Shown piece after piece: positions 27,383 to 35,585 of a DNA stretch of 64,000 nucleotides. Each line of letters opens with the position of its first letter. The stretch's first letter is position 1. Under the pieces are notes generated by a model. That model made no database searches and was not told the origin of the DNA. It saw only the letters and a program-made list of their open reading frames with translations. The stretch spans positions 336,273 through 400,272 of the forward strand of contig CAZTCI010000003.1 of NCBI GenBank assembly GCA_964612665.1. Direction: 5' to 3'. A program made the position numbers and the translations under genes. This DNA is from an uncultured Planctomycetales bacterium. Lineage in GTDB: Bacteria; Omnitrophota; Gorgyraeia; Zapsychrales; JAHFFX01.

Positions 27383-28744
27383 CTACTTCACATACACCGT
27401 CTTAATATTAACAAATTCCCTAATACCAAAAGCCGATAATTCACGGCCATATCCAGATTCCTTAATGCCGCCAAAAGGTAATCGCGGATCCGATTTCACA
27501 TAATCATTTACAAAACACAATCCTGCTTTTAATTCTTTGGTGGCAATCCGTTCCCCGCGCTCATAGTCTTGAGTAAAAATGGCGCCGCCTAATCCAAAAA
27601 CGGTATCATTAGCGATTGTGATGGCTTCTTGTTCGTCACGTGCTTTAAAAACAACCGCTACCGGTCCAAATAGTTCCTCCTCATACGCTGGCATGCCGCG
27701 TTGCACATTCGTCAATATTGTCGGCGGATAAAATGCGCCCGGGCCATTAGGAATCTGTCCTCCCATAATAAGCGTTGCTCCTTGCTCAACACTTTTTTGG
27801 ATCTGATGGTGAAGTTGATCGCGCAAATCATGACGCGCCAGTGGTCCAAGCGTCGTTTCTTCTTCTAAAGGCATGCCCATGCGCTCAGTCTTCATTTGTT
27901 TAACAAAACCTTCCATAAATTTTTCAAAAATAGATCCTACAACAATAAAACGCTTTGCAGCCACACAACTTTGTCCGGCATTAATCAAACGCGCTATGGC
28001 ACAAGTGGCCACTGTCGAAGGAATATCCGCATCTTCTAAAACGATATAGGCATCACTTCCCCCCAATTCTAAAACTGTTTTTTTAGTCACAGCTCCTGCT
28101 TGGGCCGCTAACGACTGCCCCGCCTTAGTACTTCCAGTTAAAGTAACGGCCTGGATCCAAGGATGAACAATCAAATCGCCGACTCGTTTAGCGCTGATAA
28201 GAACGCTGCGGAATAACCCGTCGGGAAACCCAGCTTCCTTAAAAATCTCCTCAATGGCCAGCGCGCAACCGCACACATTAGAAGCATGTTTTAACAAAAT
28301 CGCATTGCCAGCCATAAGCGTCGGTGCCGCACAGCGGAAAACTTGCCAAAAAGGAAAATTCCACGGCATGACCGCCAAAACAATGCCTAAAGGTTCAAAA
28401 CTTACAAAACTTTTTCGGGCGTCCGTTTGAATAATTTCAGGCGCCAAATAACGTTTCGCCTCATCAGCATAATGCTCACAAACCCATGCACACTTCTCAA
28501 TTTCAGCCTGTCCTTGCCGGACGGGTTTACCCATTTCATCTGCAATAAGTCTGGCGTATTTTTCTTTGTTTTTTAAAAGAATCGCCGATGCCCTTTTCAT
28601 TTTCTGCCCGCGCTCTTCAAATCCAAGACGAGACCATGATTGAAAACTACGCTGTGCCTTCTGCAGAATTTCGTCAATCTGTGGAGAAGAATATTCCCCA
28701 TATGATTTTATTATTTGGCCCGTGGCCGGATTAATAGTGTCCAT
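27383..28744 (-). CDS. gabD: NAD(P)-dependent succinate-semialdehyde dehydrogenase (ALDH family)
   Basis: ALDH motifs VLELGGSDA and catalytic Cys in GQSCVAAKR; 453 aa. Confidence 0.75.
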   Translation of the reverse strand: MDTINPATGQIIKSYGEYSSPQIDEILQKAQRSFQSWSRLGFEERGQKMKRASAILLKNKEKYARLIADEMGKPVRQGQAEIEKCAWVCEHYADEAKRYLAPEIIQTDARKSFVSFEPLGIVLAVMPWNFPFWQVFRCAAPTLMAGNAILLKHASNVCGCALAIEEIFKEAGFPDGLFRSVLISAKRVGDLIVHPWIQAVTLTGSTKAGQSLAAQAGAVTKKTVLELGGSDAYIVLEDADIPSTVATCAIARLINAGQSCVAAKRFIVVGSIFEKFMEGFVKQMKTERMGMPLEEETTLGPLARHDLRDQLHHQIQKSVEQGATLIMGGQIPNGPGAFYPPTILTNVQRGMPAYEEELFGPVAVVFKARDEQEAITIANDTVFGLGGAIFTQDYERGERIATKELKAGLCFVNDYVKSDPRLPFGGIKESGYGRELSAFGIREFVNIKTVYVK

Positions 28745-28748
28745 GAAA

Positions 28749-30404
28749 TCAATCCTTTGTTTGTTTAAAATTTAATTTCTTAATAAGTTCTGTATTCACC
28801 TGTGTGTCCACCAAAATTTCAAAAACGCAGAGTTCTTGGGAACGAATGGCATACGTTAATTGTTCTGTAAGTTCCCGAACATTGGCCGGACGATATCCGG
28901 GGATACCAAAACTTTCCGCATAGGATTTAAAATCAGGATTGCTGATTTTTGTCCCCGTCGAATGCCCGCGGCTCATCTGTTGTTTCCAGCTAATAAGCCC
29001 ATAATCGTCATCATTAAAAATAATCACAGTGAAACCGAGGTTAAGGCGTTTGGCTGTTTCCAACTCCTGGCTATTCATCATAAATCCGCCGTCACCCATG
29101 GCCGCGACAATCCGGCGCCGCGGCGAATGAAGCGCCGCCGCAATCGCGCCGGGCAAAGCGATCCCCATGCTTGCCAGACCATTTGAAATAATACAACCAT
29201 TAGGGCAGCACGCGGAGAAGTTGCGCGCAATCCAAATTTTATGACTGCCTACGTCACTGATCAATAAATCGTCGTCTTTCATGATGGATTGCAAAATGTT
29301 TAGCACGCCAGGAATTGTAAACGTCTCGTCTGTTTCTTTCAGCGCATAGCTCGCAATGTCTTCGCGAATCCGCTCTCGTATAAGCGCGTACCAAGAATTT
29401 CCGGCGGGATGCGTTCCCAGCTTTTTATTAAGCTCTCGCAACGTTGCTGGAATATCCGCCACCACTTCAACAACCGGCTGATAGTGCATATAAACTTCAG
29501 CACTTGTAAAATCAATGTGAATAATTTTCTTGTCTTTGCGTGGGTTCCAGGCATCGGGCGCATACTCGGCAATATCATACCCGACGGTGATAACAACATC
29601 CGCCATGTCGATCGCATCCATCACAAAATCCCGAAAACCAAAACCAATTGTAAACAGCGACTGGTCTACCGAATCCAATACGGCTCCCTGCCCCATAAAA
29701 GTATGCACGACGGGAATGTTATGCTTTTTCACCAATGCAGAAAGTTCTTCCGAAGCCAATTTGCGGACGGCACCGTTTCCGGCGATAATTAATGGACAAC
29801 GGCTTTGACGAAGCAAATCAACCGCTTCATCAAGGGCTTGATCATCAGGATCAGGCCGCCGCACGCGTTTCGGCGATATAACATCCACATTGCTGTCATC
29901 GATCTCAACGCCAGCCATGTCTTCAGAAAATTCAATATGAGTCGCACCGGGTTTTTCACTTTCGGCAATTTTGAAAGCTTGACGGACAACTTCTGGGATA
30001 CCCAACGGACTAATAATAGTCGAATTCCATTTCGTGATCGGGCGGAACAATTCAACCAGATTAAGATATTGATGACTCTCTTTATGGATCCGGCCCAAAC
30101 CGGCTTGCGCCGAGATGGCGACAACCGGACTTTTATCCAAGTTCGCATCAGCGACACCGGTAACAAGATTAGTCGCCCCCGGTCCCAGCGTTGATAAACA
30201 CACACCAGCTTGGCCGCTCACCCGCCCCCACACATCGGCCATAAAAGCAGCGCCTTGTTCATGGCGGGTTGGAATAAATTTAATAGATGATTTCTCGAGT
30301 GAAAATAAGATGTCTTCGGTCTCTTCACCCGGTACGCCAAAAATATATTTAACGCCTTCATTCTCCAGACATTTGACAAATAAATCAGATCCCTTCATTT
30401 TCAT
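28749..30404 (-). CDS. thiamine-pyrophosphate enzyme, acetolactate-synthase-like
   Basis: N-terminal TPP-Pyr domain (FGVPGEE), central domain, and C-terminal GDGGFMMN...NDDDYG TPP-binding motif. Confidence 0.7.
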   Translation of the reverse strand: MKMKGSDLFVKCLENEGVKYIFGVPGEETEDILFSLEKSSIKFIPTRHEQGAAFMADVWGRVSGQAGVCLSTLGPGATNLVTGVADANLDKSPVVAISAQAGLGRIHKESHQYLNLVELFRPITKWNSTIISPLGIPEVVRQAFKIAESEKPGATHIEFSEDMAGVEIDDSNVDVISPKRVRRPDPDDQALDEAVDLLRQSRCPLIIAGNGAVRKLASEELSALVKKHNIPVVHTFMGQGAVLDSVDQSLFTIGFGFRDFVMDAIDMADVVITVGYDIAEYAPDAWNPRKDKKIIHIDFTSAEVYMHYQPVVEVVADIPATLRELNKKLGTHPAGNSWYALIRERIREDIASYALKETDETFTIPGVLNILQSIMKDDDLLISDVGSHKIWIARNFSACCPNGCIISNGLASMGIALPGAIAAALHSPRRRIVAAMGDGGFMMNSQELETAKRLNLGFTVIIFNDDDYGLISWKQQMSRGHSTGTKISNPDFKSYAESFGIPGYRPANVRELTEQLTYAIRSQELCVFEILVDTQVNTELIKKLNFKQTKD

Positions 30405-32832
30405 GGTTCACCTCCTGATTTACGTTTGGAGCAGAGATACGTTTTAAGTTTAACTCAGCAATGAGCGGTAAATGATCTGAAGCTACGATATCCAAAGAGG
30501 TTCGCGGGACTGATATCGACTGTACACGAAAATCTTCCGTGATAAAAATATAATCAATCTGGCTTAAAGGATAGCGCCCCCACCATGTCCGGTAAGGACG
30601 GTGTCCCTCTAACACGGCTTGACTATCCAGCAGGCGTTGACAGATTTTTCGATAAGCAAGCGAGCCCGGCACCGCATTGAAATCACCACACAGAATAAGG
30701 GGATGATAACATTCCGGGCTTCCAATCCATTCCTCGCCGAGCAAAGCGTTGATTTGAAGCAAACGCTCATACCGCCAGATACTCAAATGTGTGTTGATGA
30801 CTTGAATTTTGACACCATGAAAATCAACCGTAACCCACATCGCACCGCGCGGCTCATATTTCATTTTGTCATCGAATTGAGGTAACGGTTTTGTTTTGAT
30901 GAGCGCCATCGGATAACGGCTCAGAATAGCATTGCCATATTGTTCACTGCCCCAGCGGAAGGTTGGATGGAAATGATATTTCATTTCTAATTTACGGGCG
31001 ATCTTTTCCGCCTGGTCTATTTGCTGAGACCGCATGCGGCCGACATCGAGTTCCTGCAGGGCAATGATGTCCGGTTGCTGGCGGACAATGACGCGGGCAA
31101 TGCGGTCGGTTGAAATCGTCCCATCCAGTCCTAAACATCCATGAACATTATAACTCATCAGTTTAAGCGGCTGTTTGATGATGTCCCGTACCGACGGAGA
31201 CCAAAACATGCTTAACGGTTCATTATTGATAAAATGTTCGGCGGCTTCGCGTAAATCAATCGGCCGCAAATATTTTTTTTGTTTTGGTCTGAGCGGCGCT
31301 TCCATCGGTAAAAGCGCAAAGGCCTTTGTCTCTTCTGGCCCCATTGAAGCATGCGCTCCATATTCGAGCGGAAAACTAATAGAATCTGATCCGGCACACC
31401 ATCCGGCAATAATGAATTCACCGGCATTTGGATGTAGACAAACCCGCATTAAATCTTCTTTCATTTCTTCCAAAAAGAAATGATCTTTGCCAAAGACCTC
31501 ACTCATCTGATCAGGTAAGACAAACGCGCCCCGCGCTGTCCAGGCAGTGACTTGCTGAGATTCCCGTCGGGTTAGTACCAGCGGAATTTCAAGCTCATTA
31601 ACCAATTTCTGCGCATAGAAATCTATTTCTTTTTTTTCTGACGGTTCATTCAGATAGATATGACCTAACGGGCCCATGGCCGTGACAATAACATGAGGCG
31701 GATGACTGGTCTCGGCGGCCAGAGGTGTAACCAAATTCTTTTTCCTTACGGACTTTCGACTTTTCTTTTCGCCTAAAAGCTGCGCGCGCCTTTTAGTGAC
31801 CTCATCATAATTTCTGGAGAATGAATACGCTTTTGTGCCAAACAATTTTTCGACTGCTTCTTCTATGGTCCTTCCATGCTTAATGAAATACGGTGTGGTT
31901 TTTTCCTGGCCGTGGTCACTATAAACCCACAAATCATAAGTCCGGGAAGCTTCCTGCCGGCTTACGTCATAAATACGTTTAATGGCATAATCAATTCCTT
32001 GCAATGACCAGTGGGCAAAACGCGACGACGGGCCGCGGCAATGCGCCTGCTCGTCATAACCTAAGAAATTCATATGAATAACCGACACTCCCCGTACAAT
32101 GTCCATACTCACACCGGCCACAATAAATTCTCTTAACAAGATACATACCAAGACCCGTAACCACACTAATTCAAGTTCCCGAAAAAATAACCGTCCTTTG
32201 ACTGTCCCACGGATACATTCAAAGAGCGCAATAAAAAATTCAATTACAAGTAAAGCAAAGGTCCGCAAAAAAATATCGATATATAAAATAAATAAAAACG
32301 GCAGGACTACAGGGTTGGCCGCATGCAACACGCCGCCCCACCCCATCTGCGCCCAGCAAAAATGCGCTTCTTTGGCATTGCCTGTAAAAATGTCTGAATA
32401 AGCGCTCCCGCCGGTTAACAAGCCGTTGGCTTGCGCCTTTAAAAACGGTTCGAATTGTTCAACGTAAGGAGCGTCAAACATTTTGACGGATTGCCCTGTC
32501 TGGCGGTCAACAAAATTGAACGCCGGCACACAGCCTTTGATCCCATAAAACAATTCGCCTTGAACTGCCGGAGTGTTGGAAGGTAAACCAGAATAAAAAG
32601 AATGCAGCAAATATCTTTCTTTGTTTAATAATTTTCTTAGAAAAGGCAGATGTCCTTTTTGCACGGCGCGATTGAATTGCGTAAGCGATAAACCATCAAT
32701 CTGTACCATGATAAGACCAGATTTTCCGTCGTCAGTCTTTTGCTTGGGCAGTCTAAGCAGCCAGATAGCCCATTCAGTACGGCTGAATATCCGACGGATA
32801 CGTCTCAAAAAAAATTCAATTTGGGTCATCAT
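30385..32832 (-). CDS. multidomain membrane phosphoesterase: alkaline-phosphatase-superfamily domain + TM segments + EEP (endonuclease/exonuclease/phosphatase) domain
   Basis: N-terminal VQIDGLS and YSDHGQ AP-superfamily metal/nucleophile motifs. An internal hydrophobic hairpin is present. The C-terminus has LMSYNVHGC ... ALQELD ... NAILSRYPM, which are EEP signatures. Confidence 0.55.
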   Translation of the reverse strand: MMTQIEFFLRRIRRIFSRTEWAIWLLRLPKQKTDDGKSGLIMVQIDGLSLTQFNRAVQKGHLPFLRKLLNKERYLLHSFYSGLPSNTPAVQGELFYGIKGCVPAFNFVDRQTGQSVKMFDAPYVEQFEPFLKAQANGLLTGGSAYSDIFTGNAKEAHFCWAQMGWGGVLHAANPVVLPFLFILYIDIFLRTFALLVIEFFIALFECIRGTVKGRLFFRELELVWLRVLVCILLREFIVAGVSMDIVRGVSVIHMNFLGYDEQAHCRGPSSRFAHWSLQGIDYAIKRIYDVSRQEASRTYDLWVYSDHGQEKTTPYFIKHGRTIEEAVEKLFGTKAYSFSRNYDEVTKRRAQLLGEKKSRKSVRKKNLVTPLAAETSHPPHVIVTAMGPLGHIYLNEPSEKKEIDFYAQKLVNELEIPLVLTRRESQQVTAWTARGAFVLPDQMSEVFGKDHFFLEEMKEDLMRVCLHPNAGEFIIAGWCAGSDSISFPLEYGAHASMGPEETKAFALLPMEAPLRPKQKKYLRPIDLREAAEHFINNEPLSMFWSPSVRDIIKQPLKLMSYNVHGCLGLDGTISTDRIARVIVRQQPDIIALQELDVGRMRSQQIDQAEKIARKLEMKYHFHPTFRWGSEQYGNAILSRYPMALIKTKPLPQFDDKMKYEPRGAMWVTVDFHGVKIQVINTHLSIWRYERLLQINALLGEEWIGSPECYHPLILCGDFNAVPGSLAYRKICQRLLDSQAVLEGHRPYRTWWGRYPLSQIDYIFITEDFRVQSISVPRTSLDIVASDHLPLIAELNLKRISAPNVNQEVNHENEGI

Positions 32833-32865
32833 AATGGGGAAATCAGCAAAACGGGTTCAAAATAA

Positions 32866-33309
32866 TTATTCCTCGTCGTAATCGTTCTGCTTTGTATGAT
32901 GCGGTTCCTCCTTTAAAGAAGCTTTACGGACCAAATGATCCATAACACTATCGACATGAAATATTTTGGCCCACTCTTTTTTTGAAGAAATAAAAAAGAA
33001 AGCCGCAACCGCTATTAAAAAATAAATCGTCGCGAATAAAAGTCCGACGAACATCTTAGTTTCATTACTCCAGGGTGTATATAGAAACAAGACCACGTGG
33101 AAAAGAATCAGGCTTAAGATAAAAAGCATGAGACATACACCCATGCATAATAAACTGATGCATAATAAACGGCAGCTCTCAACACCTTTCAAATAAAGGA
33201 ATGATGTCCTCAAACGAATGAGGTCCATATAGGTTTTTCGATAAGGCATGACCCCCTTGAGCTTGCCGGAAAAGAAAATCAAAAACAGCGTCGTTAAAAT
33301 TTTCTTCAT
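32866..33309 (-). CDS. small two-TM membrane protein (YqjE/holin-family-like)
   Basis: 147 aa with two long hydrophobic helices. A 4-nt overlap couples it to the upstream ORF. Confidence 0.4.
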   Translation of the reverse strand: MKKILTTLFLIFFSGKLKGVMPYRKTYMDLIRLRTSFLYLKGVESCRLLCISLLCMGVCLMLFILSLILFHVVLFLYTPWSNETKMFVGLLFATIYFLIAVAAFFFISSKKEWAKIFHVDSVMDHLVRKASLKEEPHHTKQNDYDEE

Positions 33310-33656
33310 TTTGCTCCTTTGGCATGGCCGCGACGTGAACTGATAATAAGACCAAACATAAAAACACTTAAAACCACTGTAAGTAAAAAAACCCGAGGAT
33401 TTTTTCTAATTTGGCGTTTTAAAGCGCTGCCCAATGTTTTTGAAAAATCATGGCTGCCTTGCACAAAATATTCCATCCCTATTAAAGAGTGCGTGACTTT
33501 ATTCAAAACATCCGACGCTAAAGTGTTAAAAGGTGAATACATCGACTGTAAATCGACTTTTAATTGTTCTTCCTTTTCATCAATAGCTTCTTGTAAAAGC
33601 CGGTACGTCTCGACCGTGTCCAGATCTTTAAAAGCCATAAAAAGTTCTCCTTTCAT
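33306..33656 (-). CDS. hypothetical protein with C-terminal TM anchor
   Basis: 116 aa. It sits between the DUF883 gene and the two-TM protein, in a yqjD-yqjE-yqjK-like arrangement. Confidence 0.4.
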   Translation of the reverse strand: MKGELFMAFKDLDTVETYRLLQEAIDEKEEQLKVDLQSMYSPFNTLASDVLNKVTHSLIGMEYFVQGSHDFSKTLGSALKRQIRKNPRVFLLTVVLSVFMFGLIISSRRGHAKGAK

Positions 33657-33737
33657 GCAATGAGCAAATACTCCCTCCTCAATCTCGGAAGTTGAATCTC
33701 AACTCCCGAGATTAAGGAAGGACTCAGGATTTGAGAA

Positions 33738-34010
33738 TTAATCTCTACGTTTTGAAACACCCATCACGAAACCGACCAAAAGAGAACTTAAGGCAACGCC
33801 AGCCACAATAGGCCAAGGATTTTCATGGAGCTTCTTATCGACGAGAGCAGCCATTTCTCGAACCTGAACCTCGCCTTCTTTCAATTGCCTTTCAACATTA
33901 GAAGCCATATTCTTAATTTTTTCTTCTCCCTGGCGGATAGCAGAGCTGGCAAATTCACCCATTTTTTCTTTGTTATTTTCATCTCTATCTCTAGAGTACG
34001 TTGTTTGCAT
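33738..34010 (-). CDS. DUF883 (ElaB/YqjD-like) membrane-anchored stress protein
   Basis: The C-terminus LHENPWPIVAGVALSSLLVGFVMGVSKRRD is the DUF883 signature. The start is at MQTTYS (34010), preceded by AAAGGAG. The ORF-track N-terminal extension (to 34112) is translated from the tandem repeat and is an artefact. Confidence 0.7.
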   Translation of the reverse strand: MQTTYSRDRDENNKEKMGEFASSAIRQGEEKIKNMASNVERQLKEGEVQVREMAALVDKKLHENPWPIVAGVALSSLLVGFVMGVSKRRD

Positions 34011-34030
34011 TTTTTTCTCCTTTCCTGTAA

Positions 34031-34337
34031 CCGCAGATATCGCAGATTGGTCCGCAGATATCGCAGATATATAAAAATCAGTTAATAAATTATGCTTATC
34101 AGCGTCATCCAATATTTATCATATTTCCTATCAGCGCCATCTGCGAATCACATCTGTGTCATCTGCGGTTGCACTCGCAGATATCGCAGATTGGTCCGCA
34201 GATATCGCAGATATACAAAAATCAGTTAATTATTATTCTTGATATTTTGCTATACGTATGTCTTATCGGCGTCATCCATTGTTTGATTTCCTATCAGCGC
34301 CATCTGCGGATCACATCTGCGTCATCTGCGGTTGCAC
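34031..34337. repeat. two tandem copies (34031-34174 and 34175-34337) of a ~145-160 bp MITE-like element with 17-bp terminal inverted repeats (CCGCAGATATCGCAGAT ... ATCTGCGTCATCTGCGG)
   Basis: Direct sequence comparison. Each unit has four GCAGAT direct copies at one end and three ATCTGC copies at the other. Confidence 0.7.
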
Positions 34338-35585
34338 GAGCGCTCCCGTTGCTTTAGTTAAATTCTTGACCAGCTCCCATTCGGCTTGTATTAACCGCAT
34401 CGTGCTTGCCCAGGAACTTTCTTCGCTGGAACGGCGGATAAATCCGTCGATGGCAAGAGAAATATAAATAGACAATGCTTTTTGCACGCTTTTTTGCATT
34501 GAGAATTGTTTCGCGGTTGCACGGCAGGCTTTCTTTATTTTTCTAATATTGGAAAGCGGCTGTTCTTTAATCCATTGAAGAGCTACGGTAAACTCATCGA
34601 TACGTTCATGAGCCAATAGCCGTCCGTTCACTTTATCTTGAACAACCTCCCGCACACCGGGAGCGTCGACGGCGACAACCGGAACATGCGCCGCCATGGC
34701 TTCCGTCAGGACTAATCCTTGAGTTTCGCTCTGCGAGGCAAAGACAAAAACATCCATGGCATGATAGGCATCAATTAAATCTTGTCCTTGAATCATTCCT
34801 GTCAAATGCAGCCGCCCAATCAATCGTTCTTGATTCAGAATTTTTTTGATGGCGTCTTCAGAAGGCCCCTTGCCACCGATTAACAAATGGGCGTGTGGAT
34901 TCTTTTTTAAAAAAGGTAAAAGTGCTCTGGTTAAGAATTCTAAATTCTTTTCAGGGGCCAGGCGGCCGATATGGCCGATTACGAAACTTTTATGAGGAAT
35001 ATGATGTTTTTCTCGAAATGTTTTCCGGGAGCCGAGGGCAAATTGAGGAACATAAATCCCCGTCGGGACAACTTCAATCGGCGTTTTCACGCCGCGTTCT
35101 TGCATAAGGCGCATAATACTTTCGCTCGGCGCAAAAACTTGATCAGCCAAATTAGCATAACCCGAGGACAACTGGATCACAAACCGTTTAAGCGCTTGTT
35201 CATTGCCAGGCACATAATGAACGTTTTCTTCATAAAGTGTATGATGCGTAAAAACCAAAGGGACATTGTATTTCGATGCCATCCGTAACGCCGTATCACC
35301 AACTAAAAAAGGATGATGCGAGTGAATAATGTCTGGACGAAAATTGCCAAGCGCATCACTCAAGGCGCCAGGAATAGGAAGTTGGACGGAGAAATCTGAA
35401 CCGTTAAAATGTTGAATCGCTGGAATGCGGATCACATCTTCTTCCGGTTCGGCGCCTTCGTATTCTGGCGCGACGATAATGACCCGGTGCCGCTCGGCGC
35501 GCAGTTCTCGGGTAAAACATTCAATTGATTTTTCCAATCCGCCTAAAATCGGTTTATAAGTATTCGTCATCATTAATATGTTCAT
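34311..35585 (-). CDS. glycosyltransferase family 4 (retaining GT-B)
   Basis: GT4 N-terminus MNILMMTNTYKPILGGLE and the EX7E-like C-terminal domain. The last 7 codons and the stop lie inside the tandem repeat. Confidence 0.7.
   Translation of the reverse strand: MNILMMTNTYKPILGGLEKSIECFTRELRAERHRVIIVAPEYEGAEPEEDVIRIPAIQHFNGSDFSVQLPIPGALSDALGNFRPDIIHSHHPFLVGDTALRMASKYNVPLVFTHHTLYEENVHYVPGNEQALKRFVIQLSSGYANLADQVFAPSESIMRLMQERGVKTPIEVVPTGIYVPQFALGSRKTFREKHHIPHKSFVIGHIGRLAPEKNLEFLTRALLPFLKKNPHAHLLIGGKGPSEDAIKKILNQERLIGRLHLTGMIQGQDLIDAYHAMDVFVFASQSETQGLVLTEAMAAHVPVVAVDAPGVREVVQDKVNGRLLAHERIDEFTVALQWIKEQPLSNIRKIKKACRATAKQFSMQKSVQKALSIYISLAIDGFIRRSSEESSWASTMRLIQAEWELVKNLTKATGALVQPQMTQM

Noticed and set aside
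28860-30447. Multiple 90-140-aa ORFs on both strands inside the TPP-enzyme gene (e.g. 29409-29792+, 29789-30205-, 29805-30194+)
   Set aside because: They are alternative-frame or antisense ORFs inside a long conserved CDS with clear TPP-enzyme motifs. They are spurious.
34169-34467. Two plus-strand ORFs (62 and 69 aa) and the 34-aa N-terminal extension of the DUF883 ORF
   Set aside because: These translate the tandem repeat units (repetitive ISQI / ISAISA peptides) and are artefacts of the repeat. The real DUF883 start, with SD, is at 34010.
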